From positions 48,982,001 through 49,046,000 of the forward strand of contig NC_045697.1 of the NCBI RefSeq assembly GCF_009834535.1: a stretch of DNA of 64,000 nt, in the 5' to 3' direction. Positions 37,163 through 50,107 of the stretch are shown here, in pieces (positions within the stretch are counted from its first letter, which is position 1; each line of letters opens with the position of its first letter). Below the pieces are notes generated by a model. The model was not told where the DNA came from. It did not search any database and saw only the letters and a program-made list of their open reading frames with translations. The translations under genes and the position numbers were made by a program. This DNA comes from Camelus ferus (Eukaryota).

Positions 37163-38931
37163 GTAAGATGATGCTCTAAAATATGAATGGGATTGATTCT
37201 GGGAAGTTTTTACCATAATACTTCCCAAAACTAGTTTCATTGGTAATGTTACAAATTTTACAACATATTTGTTCAAATATACATAGCACGGTATCCTAGA
37301 CACCACTCAAGTTTTACATGTAAAAATATAATACTCTATACCTCTTTTTCCTCAAGCGGAACAGTAATGACTTAAAAGTTAGGTGAAGCTGATCTTGGGA
37401 CAGCCATAGTCTTTCAGTTAGGTACTTCATGCTTCTAAATTGAAGTTTGTTAAGTGTTCATTTTAAAGCCAAACAACATTCAAGACACATACAAATTATG
37501 TATAAAGGAAATTTGAGTGCAAGTTTAGGTAAAAAAAAAAATGTTCTGAAAAAAAGAAAATAGGATTCTGATAGTAGTGAACCAGCCTCTGCCCTCTGTT
37601 AGAGGCACCCCAGGCTGAGAAATGTGGGAAAGGACATGTTTGGTACCCCTTTATGTGATATTTATTAGAGGTACTGCAGAGTAAGTTCCTCTTCCCCAGC
37701 AAACCCCACTCTAGGTAGGGCCATCCTTCACAGGCTGACGAGGGGCTTCCCAAGTGTGCACTAAAGGTAGAGCTGGCAACGGTGTGCGAGAAGCTCTAAA
37801 CCTCGGATGATCTTTCAGATCTTTCTCTCCTACTGTGTGCTTCCCAATGTCCTCGTATCTATTTTGAAAATCTTGGAGATTCACTGTCTGGAAGATCCTC
37901 AGACCCATCCGCTCCTTTTCATTCTTGCTGTGGCTACTGCTTCATCCAGGCCCCTCATTATACCTGCATCAGGACGGCATCTCCTTACTTGGTTCCTAAC
38001 TCCAGTTTCTCCCCTCTTCAGTCCAGCCTATATTCATCTTTCTGAAATACAGCTCCCAGTGCGTCTCCCACCCCCAAATTACTCATCCTATAAAGTCAGA
38101 CTCTCTGCTTTTCAAAACTGCTCATGGTCCAGCTCCAGCTTACCTTTCCAGTCCTTTCTCTCTCTACATACACCCAGTGCTCCGAGCAAACCTCATGCGT
38201 TCCTTTCTAGTCCCTCCTTCCTCATCTTTGCATCTCCAAGCTGTTCTCAAGGTCCAGCTCAAATGCCTTCTTGAAGCATTTTGAGCTCCTTAGAGATTTT
38301 TCTCTGCTGTCCCTCTGTCTCTTTAATGAAAAAACACCTCCAGTTATTTGTGTCTGTGTCTTCTCTCTCTCGGGTGATAAGTCCTCTAAAGATCTGTGTC
38401 TTTGTTTCTCCTTCTCTGACCATGGAGTTTTTGCCAACAGTAAACACTCACTATGTATTTTTTGAGTGATTGAAGAGGGAGGTCATTCTATTCACAGCCC
38501 AGTTGCTAATCCAATCCCAGTACTGAACGCTATCCTGCCATTTCTTAAGCAGTAAACCAAATTACTATTGATATTCCTTCAAGCTTTTGAGCATTTCTTT
38601 GTTAAAGGAATACAATTGACGTGAAATATAATGCCTTTGTTAGAAAATTGAAAACAGGATGACTTCAGAAATCTACAGTATTTTCCACTTCATTATATGT
38701 TATTTGGGGTCTAGTCTGTTGAGATTTACTTATAATGCTAGAAATTATAAGTGAATAAAATGTTATTTTTCTAAGAAATCATTGTTCTTAACCAAGCCAT
38801 TAAAAAGGAATCAGATTCCAAAATCAAAGGCTTCTCAAATCACATAAAAACTCCAAAGATGATGTAAGGGAAACTGGGTTTTATTTTAACTATTTAATAC
38901 TAGGGGGAAAAGCTTACCTCATTTCTTGTAG

Positions 38932-39129
38932 GCTGATCTCCATAAACGAGAGAAGGAGCTGAGTCTGGAGAAGGAGCAGAACAAGCGTCTGTGGGACCGA
39001 GACACGGGCAACAGCATCACCATCGACCACCTGCGGCGGGAGCTGGATGACAGGAACATGGAGGTGCAGCGCCTGGAAGCCCTCCTCAAGGCCATGAAGA
39101 GCGAGTGTCAGGGCCAGATGGAGCGGCAG
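38932..39129 (+). CDS. CCDC158: CCDC158 exon 11 (ADLHKREKELSLEKEQNKRLWDRDTGNSITIDHLRRELD...QGQMERQ)
   Basis: ttcttgtag| acceptor, CAG|GTCAGC donor, 198 nt. Confidence 0.96.
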
Positions 39130-40254
39130 GTCAGCAGGGCTGGGCGGCCCCTCCAGGGTCTCTCCCGGGAAAAATGCACTCTGTGTCTTACTGGTAGAGC
39201 TTTTGTTTAAAACGCGTGCGCCTAAAATAGCTCTAAAGTAGAGCTGTGGATTCTGTGAGCAAGTGATAAAGACCTGTTGTTTATTTCTATATTGTTAACC
39301 ACTTGTTACATTAAAAACGTTAAGCTTTATCTCATTTTTGTACATTGTTGAGTAATGAAGCTCCCATCCAATTGCCTTTTCACTTTGGTCTAGAAATTGG
39401 AAACCTAATTAATTGCTTATTTCAGAAAAGCATCAAACCATGGGGAGATCTGGGGAACAGCAGGGTTGACGGTTTCCAACAGATGTTTTTTTTTTGTTTG
39501 TTTTTGTTTTTCCCTCAAAAGAAACTTTCCTCTCCTTTTCCCCCAGACTGACTAGGACTGATACCCATGCAGGATGGGTGGCCTCCATTTCAGTGCACCA
39601 GTGGTGAGATGTGGGATGCTTTATGAACAGCAGGGGACCTTCAGTACTGGAAGGGCATGGTTCCAGTGTCAGTAGTTACCACAGAGACCATGTGTAAAAA
39701 CCAAAGAGTAAGATTCCCCAGCTGAGAGAGCAAACCAAAGGGCCTTGGCTTAGCCCCTGGCAAAGCCCTTTCTTTATTCTCTGGCCCAACCTGGCCAAGA
39801 ATAAAGACGGAAGGAGTGATTGGAAGTTGGAATCTTACTCTTTTCCGCACAAGGACCAGAGAATGTATGTTGGATAAAAGCCATTATTCACTTTTCCCTC
39901 AGAAGCAGAATTAATGGGCAGGTTGCAGGGAAATAGAGCTGTTGTCTTCAATCCCACACTTCCCCCTATTGCCTGTTGTCCAAACTTAAATTGGTACAGA
40001 AAACATCCTCCGAGGAAACTTGCCAGACTCCTCCCCACCCTAGAAAACTTTTCTGGAGGAGCGTTATTACTTAATCAAGGCCTCTCCACGTTGGTCTAAT
40101 TAACTCGTCAGTCTGTGATCTGTATGAAGTCTGATAGCAAAACCACCTGAAGCATTATCAGATTCATGATTTCATGTTTTTGAACTAATTTGTCGTATCT
40201 CTCAAGGCCTCTACCTCTGCCAAATCCATGAAATTTCTCTTCTTTAACAATCAG

Positions 40255-40737
40255 ATGGCAGCAATTCAGGGAAAGAATGAAAGTCTAGAAAAAGTGTCCT
40301 CCTTGACTGCTCAGCTTGAATCCACCAAAGAGATGCTCCGCAAGGTAGTGGAAGAGTTGACAGCCAAGAAGATGACCCTGGAGAGCTCGGAGAGGACCGT
40401 GTCGGACCTGACGGCTTCCCTACAGGAGAAGGAGAGGGCCATCGAAGCCACCAATGCAGAGATCACGAAGCTGCGCTCCCGCGTGGACTTGAAGCTGCAG
40501 GAGCTGCAGCACCTGAAGAATGAAGGGGACCACCTCAGGAACGTGCAGACGGAGTGCGAGGCCCTCAGGCTGCAGATGGCAGAGAAGGACAGAGTGATCG
40601 AGATCCTGCGCCAGCAGATCGAAAACATCACGCAGCTGGTGGGCCAGCACGGCCGGACGGCAGGCGCCATGCAGGTGGAGAAAGCCCAGCTGGAGAAGGA
40701 GATCAACGACCGGAGGCTGGAGCTGCAGGAGGTCAAG
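40255..40737 (+). CDS. CCDC158: CCDC158 exon 12 (MAAIQGKNESLEKVSSL...RRLELQEVK)
   Basis: aatcag| acceptor, AAG|GTCTGT donor, 483 nt; heptad-rich coiled coil within ORF 40228..40914. Confidence 0.96.
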
Positions 40738-41321
40738 GTCTGTGCGGGGTTCCGGGGTTTCCGGACTTGGCTGCTGGAATACCTTTTTCCCCTGGGTGAG
40801 GTTGACCTCATTTCCTGGAAGGAGGTTCTGTTGGACAGTTGTGGACACTCCAAAAGTGTTTGTGTCAGGGTGCAAATGTGTGTTTTTGTTAGAAAGGATC
40901 CATTCTTTTGTTAGACTTCAAAAGGAGTGGCCTCCAAATGGTGCAGAATTCCAGATTCAGAGAAAAATCAGAAAATGCAGCTTCTTTATGAAGCCTTTCC
41001 CAATCCCACAGTTTGAAGAAGTATCTTCTCCCTCTTCAGACAGACCTAAATTTGACCCCATCTCTCACCACTCAGTAACTGTAAAACACTGGACTGTTTG
41101 CTGAATGTTGGCTTCTATGTCTGTATACCAAACCAAAACCAAAAAACAAAACAAAAAACCCCAGAAGTTTATGGGGTTACTTGAGGCTTAAATGAGAAAA
41201 TGTATATCAAGGACTTAGCTTGGTTCCTGGTCTGTAGAAGATGTTTAGATAATATTAGTTCCTTTCCCTGATTCCACACTTTGTTTATACCTGTTATAAC
41301 CTGGATCACATTCTGTATTGC

Positions 41322-41325
<4 letters not shown>

Positions 41326-41360
<35 letters not shown>
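41326..41360. repeat. (TG)17 microsatellite
   Basis: Uninterrupted TG run read directly. Confidence 0.97.
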
Positions 41361-41364
<4 letters not shown>

Positions 41365-41721
41365 AGTAGTGGCTCCTCTTCCCTGTAAGACTGCAGACTT
41401 CTTCAAGCAGGATACATATCTTATTCATCTTTGTATCTCTGCCCCATGACTTTGTGCCTTGCACCCAGCAGATGCTCAATGAATACTTATCAAAATTTAA
41501 AGCTACTGAAGGAATTTTTAAAAATTTGATTTCCTAAGCTTTATGTTACCTGTATCTGCCTGGTAACTAGTAGGAGACAAATCACATACAGCTTATTTTT
41601 TTCTTTCAACTTCTAACGTTTATTCAAAATTTGTGGTTTTCAGAGGCGGGGGAGGGAGGGGGAGGGGAAGTTGCTCCACTGCTTTGAGGTTTCTGCTCAT
41701 CGGAGAGGCCTTTCCTGACCA

Positions 41722-42070
41722 GCTGTGTCTGGGTCCCCAAGACCACTTCCAGGTTCATCATTTACTAGGAGGACTCACAGGACTCAGCAGACAGTCATGC
41801 TCATGGATAGGATTTATTACGTTGGAAGCATCTAAAACAAAATTAGCAAAAGGAAAAAGCACGTGCAGGGTTTTTATATTGGGGGCTGGTCATATAGGCA
41901 AGGGAGCAGTCTCCCAAAAGGAAAGCAGGCCTTGAGCGTAAATCATTTTGTTTGCAGAACAGTTTAGGCACAGCGGGCCACTCTTACCCATTAGACTGGT
42001 GGGAACCCTCTCCAAATCCAGGCTTCCTGACCGGCCTGCAGGCTTTCAGAAGGGTAGCAGTCAGGCTGTC
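41722..42070. mobile_element. LTR fragment (MER21-like)
   Basis: gggtccccaagaccac...ttactaggaggactcacaggactcagc...ggatttattac motif. Confidence 0.6.
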
Positions 42071-42673
42071 TTCCACATTCCAGCTTGGCTCAAGTAGCAA
42101 CTCCTCCCCGTGTCATTCTCTACCCCCTCACCTTTTTATTCTTTTTGTTTGTTTGTTTGTCTGTTATTATTATCTGGCTGTTAAGTATTTGTTGTTGTCA
42201 GTCTGTCTTTCACTAGAATGTGAAAGCCCCAAGAGGACAGGGACATTGTTTTGTTTAAGGCTAGAGACGGCCAGGGCAGGGGAAGGACAGGGAGGCGCCT
42301 GAGCGCAGAGCTCAAGCAGGCACTCTAGGGCCTTGCCAGCCTCGCCCACTACGCTGTCACCACATGTAGAGCAGGCCTGGCGCAAAACAGGTGCTCAGTG
42401 CATTTTTTTGAATGAATGAATATATAGGACAGGAATAATGAAGGGTTGTGGCCAGTGATACTGGGAAATGACATCTAAGGTTAAAAGAAAGGTAAACTAT
42501 TCCTTTTGTGTTTCCACTTAACTATTGCTGCTTTATAATAAAATATAAATTCGATATCCTGGAAAATAGTGAAAAAATATTAAATATTGGTAGGATATTA
42601 ATATGATGCCAGTTCTAACTATATACATTTTTTTGTTTCTTACTCTGTTTTTTGTTTTTATACTTATATTTAG

Positions 42674-42863
42674 ATTTTGAAAGATAAAAAAGATGCAAAG
42701 ATACGGGAGCTGGAGGCCAGAGTGAGTGACTTGGAGCTGGAAAAAGTGAAACTGGTGAATGCAGGCTCTGAGCGGCTCCGTGCAGTGAAGGACATCAAAC
42801 AAGAGAGAGATCATTTACTAAGTGAGGTGAAAACTAGTAGGAATGAGTTAAACAGTCTTACAG
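42674..42863 (+). CDS. CCDC158: CCDC158 exon 13 (ILKDKKDAKIRELEARVSDLELEK...NELNSLT)
   Basis: atttag| acceptor, CAG|GTATGT donor, 190 nt. Confidence 0.96.
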
Positions 42864-44695
42864 GTATGTTACTCTCGTTCAAATTCTGCTAAAGAATAGG
42901 AGTGCTCTCAGTGAGGTTCAGGGTGGATACTAGGACTGTTGCAAAAAAAATGATTCCTCTTCCCACATTACAAACATGGAAAATCGTGCTGCCCCAGTGG
43001 AGATATTTCATCACCAAATCCTGATTCTTCTCCTTGAAGTGCTTCTGTTTCTTGCACTTAGTAACCATTCACTTCAATCAGCCCTCAGAGTCTGTGAAAT
43101 TCTCTACTGAGTTTCCAAGAGAAGGGTGAGGGAAATGAAAACTTTGAGTCTTTTGAGTCAAATAGCTTTGATTAGAAGTTTGATAATGAAGCAGCACGTG
43201 TGAATACTTATGCAAATTTATGCAAATGTATTAAAACAGAGAAACCCAAGGCCTTACATTTTAAAATGAAACACTCCTAGTTCACCATCAGTGTGGTATA
43301 GGTATCGTTTACGTCACACACACACCCCCAAGTGGTTCGTGGGCATTTACGTTGCCAGATGTTGGCAGGCCCGGAGACAACAGTGAGGCCCCGGGCTAGG
43401 TGGGAGCAGACCTGTGTAAACGGGTTATAGTACAGTGGGTGAGGCACAGTGGACGTGTGCTGGGTGCAGATGTAGCAGAGGGTGGAGAATCAGCCTCCGG
43501 TAGGAGGTGACATCTGTACTAAGTTTGATGGAGGAAAAGGAATTTGGCAGGTGAAAAAGAGGTAGAAGGGCAGTCCAGGCAGAGAGAACATTATGAGCAG
43601 AAGTGTGAAGGCATGAAATAATATAACGCGACCTCAGAAGTATTTGTGGGAGTAAAAGTGAAAGGAATGAGGACTAAGAAATGAGGCGGAATAGATAGGT
43701 AGAGCCAGACAGTGTGGGGCCAGCAAAGGTGTTAAATGAGAGATTGTTGTCATAAAATTTACGTTTTAGAAGGACAGTGTCAGCAGGTAAAAAGAAAGGC
43801 AAGCCTTAAGGGACAGAGGCCAGCCAGTTAAGGATTTTGCAGTGGTCCCAGGCAAAGATGATGAGAACTTGAACTGAGGCAGTGGCAGTGAGAATGAGAG
43901 GCGAGAAAAGAATTAAGGATATTTTTGGAGATTGAATCAATGGTACTTAATTATCATAGGGGCTGTATGTGTTTCAGGTTTTAAATTTGCAGTACAGGGA
44001 AAACAATGATACTAGCACCTGAGAGAAGGAAACCAGGAGGTGGGGGGGGCTTGCAGGCAGGAGGGCGAGACATGTAGTCAGTGGAGACCTTTGATTTGGG
44101 GGCACCAGGACATCCATGTGGAAATATCTGGATAGACAGAGTCAGATCTCAGCAGAGAGGTCTTGGTTCTTTTTGTTTCCTTTATATGTAAATCTGTCGA
44201 TGACATATAAAAATATAAATATAAATAAATAGATAATTGAATAAGTGTGTGTGTATTCTTGTATATGAATGACGAATATCAGGTATTTTGATAGTTACTG
44301 GAGATGAAAAATCAGATAAGACACAAGGCAGCCTCAGGTTACTCATCATGTCATGGAGATTCCTCTACCTACAGATAGAGGTTCATCCACCTACTGTTGT
44401 GGTGGATATGACTATCTAAAAAGGCTCAAGATGAAATAGATGTGAGCCAATTACACCGGCTGGAAAAAAAGCAGTTATTGGTAAGAAAGGAAAAGAAGAC
44501 CCACCCAAGCAAATTAAAAAAAGTTAGATCCCTAGAAATGTGTATGTACATCTAATTTCTGTAACAAATGATGATGTAACTAAATGGAGTTTCTTTCAGC
44601 TCTAAAATTCTGATCATTAATTACAAATAAAATACACTTTATAACAATGGCTTAGAAAAAAGTAACTGTCTATGATTGATTATTATGTTGTACAG

Positions 44696-44848
44696 AGGAC
44701 TATGAAGTCTTAAAAAGGAATTTTCGAAACAAAAGTGAAGAAATGGAAACTACTACAAATAAGCTGAAGATGCAGTTAAAATCTGCACAGTCTGAGCTAG
44801 AACAAACAAGAAATACGTTAAAGTCAATGGAAGGATCTGATGGTCACG
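44696..44848 (+). CDS. CCDC158: CCDC158 exon 14 (EDYEVLKRNFRNKSEEM...KSMEGSDGH)
   Basis: tacag| acceptor, ACG|GTACGC donor, 153 nt. Confidence 0.95.
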
Positions 44849-45454
44849 GTACGCTTTAGCAGATGTTTCTCCTTTTGTTTTTAATTCCCTAGGTCTGAAT
44901 TTATTACAACACAAGCCCAGATACACTGTCTTTCACCTCTTCAGTGACATCAATGTGACATGATGTGAGAGACATACAAGAGTTGTCAGTGATGGGTGTT
45001 ACGTAGCAAAAGTTCTCAGTTTTGTGGGGGGGATTGTCATGTGCTTAATTTAATCCTAAAGTATCTGAATCTTTCCTTTTCTGTAGCTATTTCAGTAATT
45101 TCTAACAGACCTCAACGTCCATAAATGCCAATTAATTGCTTTTAAGGAAGTGTTGATATAAATATAGGTTACAGATAATTTTCATTCAACCCCTTATTTT
45201 TCACGTGTTCATTATTTACATAAACTATGTATCTGTGGCTAATTGTCAGTTCCTGATTCCTTCTCTGAGATAAAAATGGAAAGGAGCCCTGGGACTTGAA
45301 CTAATAGGATGAAGGGTCCCTTCTCACCACTTACACCTGTTCCCTTTTACCTTACTGCCCATATTAATTCAGAGAGAAAAGGTTAGTTGCTGTTTTGTAT
45401 TATTCATATAATATTAAACTAAAGGCTACATTTTTCTATCTTAATGTTATATTT

Positions 45455-45559
45455 GTACTTGCTTCAGCAGCCTATGTACCAAAATTGGAATGATACTGAA
45501 AAGATTATCATGGCCCCTGCACCAAGGTGGCACACAGACTCTTAGAGCATCCATATTTT
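45455..45559 (+). pseudogene. RNU6: U6 snRNA pseudogene, full length, degenerate
   Basis: gtacttgcttcagcagcctatgtaccaaaattggaatgatactgaaaagattatcatggcccctgcaccaagg...ccatatttt aligns by eye along U6. The ACAGAGA box reads ACTGAAA, the AGC triad reads ATC, and CpGs are decayed. Confidence 0.92.
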
Positions 45560-46820
45560 GTGTGGTTCTTAGAGGTTCAGCTCTTTCTTTTCTGGTTAAC
45601 ACCAAGAAAATGATGGGGCTTGGCAAGGGCACTCAGGAGGCCCTTTGGAGTCTGCTCCCTCCTCCCTCCTCCACCAGAAAGAGTCCTTTCCTCAGTGCCC
45701 TCCAGGCATCTCCAAAACTGCCCCAGTCACATTACAATTATTAAACTAAGCAGGTAATCCTGTATTTGCTGTTGAATATGTATTTTCATTGTTAAAATCA
45801 TCTTAAAATTAAAAAGATTATCAAGAAAATTACCTTTGAAGGCCAGCTATGATCCACTTAATCAGACCAGAATTCTTCAGAGTGGTGAGCAAATGATGCC
45901 AGGCTTTTGATGTAATAAGTCAATGCACTGCGCCTGTACTAACCCTGTTTCTGACAGTTTAGCTATAGGAACTGCATCTTGTTACCAAGAAGTCAGACCT
46001 TTCATCCTTCAGTGGTTTGTTTTTAAAGAGTGGCAAGTTTGCTTTTTCTTCTTAACCTCTAAGCTGGACCTGGACCTGACTCAAAGTAGTGGCATTTTCA
46101 AACCTCTTTCTCAGCTGACTGTAAGAAACAACATAGGATCATCTGACTCTCCAAGCAAGGTTGAGCTTTATTTATCCTTCCAGTGGCCTGCCATGTCTTA
46201 AGTATTCAGTGTCTACTACCTGTCTAGAATATTCACCAGTTTTAATAAAATAATCACATATATGCTTATATTGTCAATTTGACCATTGAAACACTGAGTT
46301 CCAAGCACATGACAATATCCATGAGACTGGAAATTGAATGGTTTGTGATATCACTGGAATCTTTCAGAAGATCACTAATAGTAGTTTTGTGTGGTATTTT
46401 ATACATGAATTTCTAGAAAAATTACTTCAGTAAAAATATTATATACATTATTTATTATATGACTATATATTTTTGTGTGTATATTTCCTATATGTGTAAG
46501 TGTGAATTTGGTCAGTGTTATTTACGTTGGATTTATGGCAAATTACGATGGTCAATGAAATTAATTACAGAAATCACGAAACATCATCTCATATATACAT
46601 TTCTTGGCTCAAAATCTCTGAGTAATTGCTGAAAATTGTTATATCCCAAAATTGTGAAATCTGAAGGCCGTTTTAATGAACACTTCCTTGAAACTGGCCA
46701 GGTGCCTTGGTGGAATCTCACTTGTCACTTTCTCATAATGTTTGACCATCATATTATAGTCACCTTTCAAAATTTGGAAACTTTAAAAACTAAGGCACAG
46801 TTTGCTTCCTTTTTTTCCAG

Positions 46821-46933
46821 CTATGAAAGTGGCAATGGGGATGCAAAAGCAAATCACAGCTAAAAGAGGTCAGATAGATGCCCTTCAGAGCAAGATACAA
46901 TTTTTGGAAGAGGCAATGACAAATGCAAACAAG
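46821..46933 (+). CDS. CCDC158: CCDC158 exon 15 (AMKVAMGMQKQITAKRGQIDALQSKIQFLEEAMTNANK)
   Basis: ttttttccag| acceptor, AAG|GTAACT donor, 113 nt. Confidence 0.96.
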
Positions 46934-48075
46934 GTAACTTTTTTAGAATGAGGCTAAATATTAACAAATATGTACGTACATTTGTGCATACCCGTCATCA
47001 TATGGACTTATTTATTTCCTTTGTTTTTGCTCTTTCCTATTTTTTTCTCCCCTCCTTTTCTTTTATCCTAAATTTGCTCTTTTCTTGTTTTTCCATTATT
47101 TGCCTATTTGGAACCTAAAGCAGGGCTGACCCTCATCCTCCATGAGTGTACTTACGTTAAGAGGTCGCTGCTGCTATAATTAGAGACGCCTGCCCCCACT
47201 AAAGGAAGGCACTCATCAAAGCTCAATGACATTCCCTCAGACAGGAAGGAGGCAGCTTGAAAAGTTAATCCTTCTTTCCTTGTGCACCCTCTTCTACCTA
47301 ACTAAGCAGAAAAGGAAAAATTATTGGCATCCAAAATGTGTTATTACAGTTGTGATACCCTATTTCCTTATTTATATTAAGCATTTTCTTTCTGAAATAA
47401 TATATATTTAAAGAAATGTAGACTCAGTAAGTTCAGGTCTATATTTTAACTTGGCTGCTATGCATTTGTTTTTTCCTCCCTATTTCATGATGTTTTTTTA
47501 AAGGAATGAACTTGTATTAATGAAATTTTGTTGAACACCAAAGATTCTTCATAAGTTTATCAGCAAGTTCATTCTCATCACTGGACCATAGTGACTTTGA
47601 GGGTGGGAACTGTGAGTCCTATTTCTTTTTATGACAAAGGGTCTATAGTAGGCATTTGTGACATGAATATTCATCCTGGAAACAAAATAGAAAGCCCACA
47701 AAGCTTTTAAATAAATGCATCTTCTTTAAATCTCCTGTGTCATTTAAACAAGTTTCAATAGATTTGGTATATGGTTACCCAATCTCAGTTCACCATAACA
47801 CTGTCTCTTTTTACTACAACATAGTTATTACGTATTTTGTAGGTTTTTTTCAAAGATCTATTAAGCCTAGAAAGAAGTAATAATACTAGTACAGATTAAA
47901 ATGAGATAGTACATGGTAACAGTTCTAGCAGCTCCCAACTTCAACTCAGAAGCAATTAAATGGCATATGAATTAAACTATAGTTCAGATATTTATGTAAT
48001 AGTTTTATATTTCCATCACACCTCAGCATCTACATCAGCATATTATTTCTGATATTTGCTTCTCTATAATTGTAG

Positions 48076-48234
48076 GAAAAGCATTTTCTAAAAGAAGAGA
48101 AGACAAAATTAAGCCAGGAATTGAGTACTGTTGTAACAGAGAAAAACAAGATGGCTGGAGAGCTAGAAGTCCTGAAATCTCAGGAACGCCGTTTGAAAGA
48201 AAAGGTTGCTAATATGGAAGTTGCTCTTGATAAG
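48076..48234 (+). CDS. CCDC158: CCDC158 exon 16 (EKHFLKEEKTKLSQEL...NMEVALDK)
   Basis: ttgtag| acceptor, AAG|GTGGTT donor, 159 nt. Confidence 0.95.
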
Positions 48235-49199
48235 GTGGTTATTAGCTAAATATATTAAGTAGTTATCAACTAAATAGTTATTAACTAAGTAGAATCATTC
48301 TGGATGAAAGCCCTATGTTAATAGGAGCCAAATCTGTCAAATTATATTGTATCCCAGTCATGTCCTACAAGGAAAAACTTTATCTTATAGAGAAGGCTGA
48401 GCTTTAAAAACACAGTCGCAATGCATACTTTTTACAAAATTGTCTTTTTTCAGGCTAACACAGTCACAAGAACAGTGAGATATAAGAAGTCATATGCTCC
48501 TGGTATCCTTCATGGTCTGAATAATTAAAAATGCCACCAATCTAACTTACCATCAGGAAGGACTTGAATGCTAGGTAGAATACAGTCTATTAATATTATC
48601 AATGAAAAGATAAAGTGATGCTAATGTCTGGCACTTTGTGGGGTCCAGAAAGTACAGGCAGAAAACACAGCTTAAATCATGAGAAGGATATTTTTGTCAT
48701 TGCCATTAGCTGTAGAGGAGTAAATCTCTTTTTGTGTCACCTGAAAACGCTGGAAGCCTAAAAATATACCAGAACTAGTCCTTTATTCTTGAAAAATCAG
48801 AGCCTTCATAGTGACAGAAAACAATCTGTGATTCCACCTATGCAAACTTAGATCTTAGAACATGATATACTGACTTGAATTTGAGTTATGGTTATCTTTA
48901 TGCAGATGTGTTTACATTGCTGAAACTGTTTGCTCATTTCATCCTTAATTTTTCATTCTTTCGAGTGCTCTCCACATACTAAATGCCATGTAGATGCTGG
49001 GGATGCAGAGGATAAAGACATGGCCTCCACTTACTCTTTGTTTCCTGAATAAAACAGATAAATCAATAGATAAATGTAGTAAGAGTGTGCCAAGAATGGG
49101 GGATCTTTCCTTGAAGAGATCGTGACTGCATTTATAGGTTAATAAAATAAAACTGCATAAAGAATGGAGGACAAACCATATGTGGTTGCTTGATTGTAG

Positions 49200-49292
49200 G
49201 CATCTTTGCAGTTTGCAGAATGCCAAGACATAATACAACGTCAGGAACAAGAATCTGTGCGCCTAAAACTGCAACACACTTTGGATGTAAAA
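49200..49292 (+). CDS. CCDC158: CCDC158 exon 17 (ASLQFAECQDIIQRQEQESVRLKLQHTLDVK)
   Basis: ttgtag| acceptor, AAA|GTAAGG donor, 93 nt. Confidence 0.94.
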
Positions 49293-50107
49293 GTAAGGTC
49301 TTTTTTTTTTTTTTCATCATAAATAGTAGCTTAAGCAAAAATTATGCCTTTGTTTGATATACCTTTATATTTTCTTCATGTATTAGATACATTCAGGTGT
49401 ACTTTTAACATTATCTGAGGTTAGCAATTAGAAAATCTGTACAAACATTGTTATACACTATACCTATCCTTTTCATATATAGTAACAAATTGAAGTACCA
49501 TGCTTTATGTTAAGTTATAATGAGTGAGGGAAACACAGAAGTACCTACCTTGGGGAACTGGAGGTTTGCATACAGAAGGGGGTCAAGCAAGGCCTGAAGT
49601 GAGAGTATGTTTGGCTTGTTTGGAGCATAACAACCATGATGTAATTTGCATGACAAAACACATCTTCTTTAAAAATTGTACATTTACCACTGAAATATAT
49701 GTTTGTTTTTTTGAGTGTATTTTAAAGTTGCATACATACTTTGAAGTCTCAATACTGGATACTTTCACAGGCAAGAGCACTCCTTAGGTGGGTGGATCTC
49801 ATTCAGTAGTATGCCAGAACTAGGGTGGAATCTTGGCAAAGTTAGAATCCAGTGCATCCCATCCGAGACCTGTTTTCACATCTGAAGTACTTTTATCGAT
49901 CAGAAGTGTGAAGGCATCTTCCTAAGGTCATGATTCTTCCCCAAAGAGTAACATACATCCAGAATCATCTTGCTTAATACTTTGGCTTAAAACTTTGTAG
50001 AAGTTCAATATGTAAGACTGAAATGATGTTTATAAAAGTACATTTTGATTTCACAGTTCTAAGTGTAGGTTGACAGTTATTTTGCTCACATATATATTGT
50101 CTTCCAG

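Noticed and set aside
40311..40875. Antisense ORFs of 180 and 151 aa over exon 12
   Set aside because: Shadow ORFs caused by high GC3 and coiled-coil codon bias.
45455..45559. U6 copy as a functional snRNA gene
   Set aside because: The ACAGAGA box and AGC triad are mutated and there is no recognisable PSE/TATA upstream.
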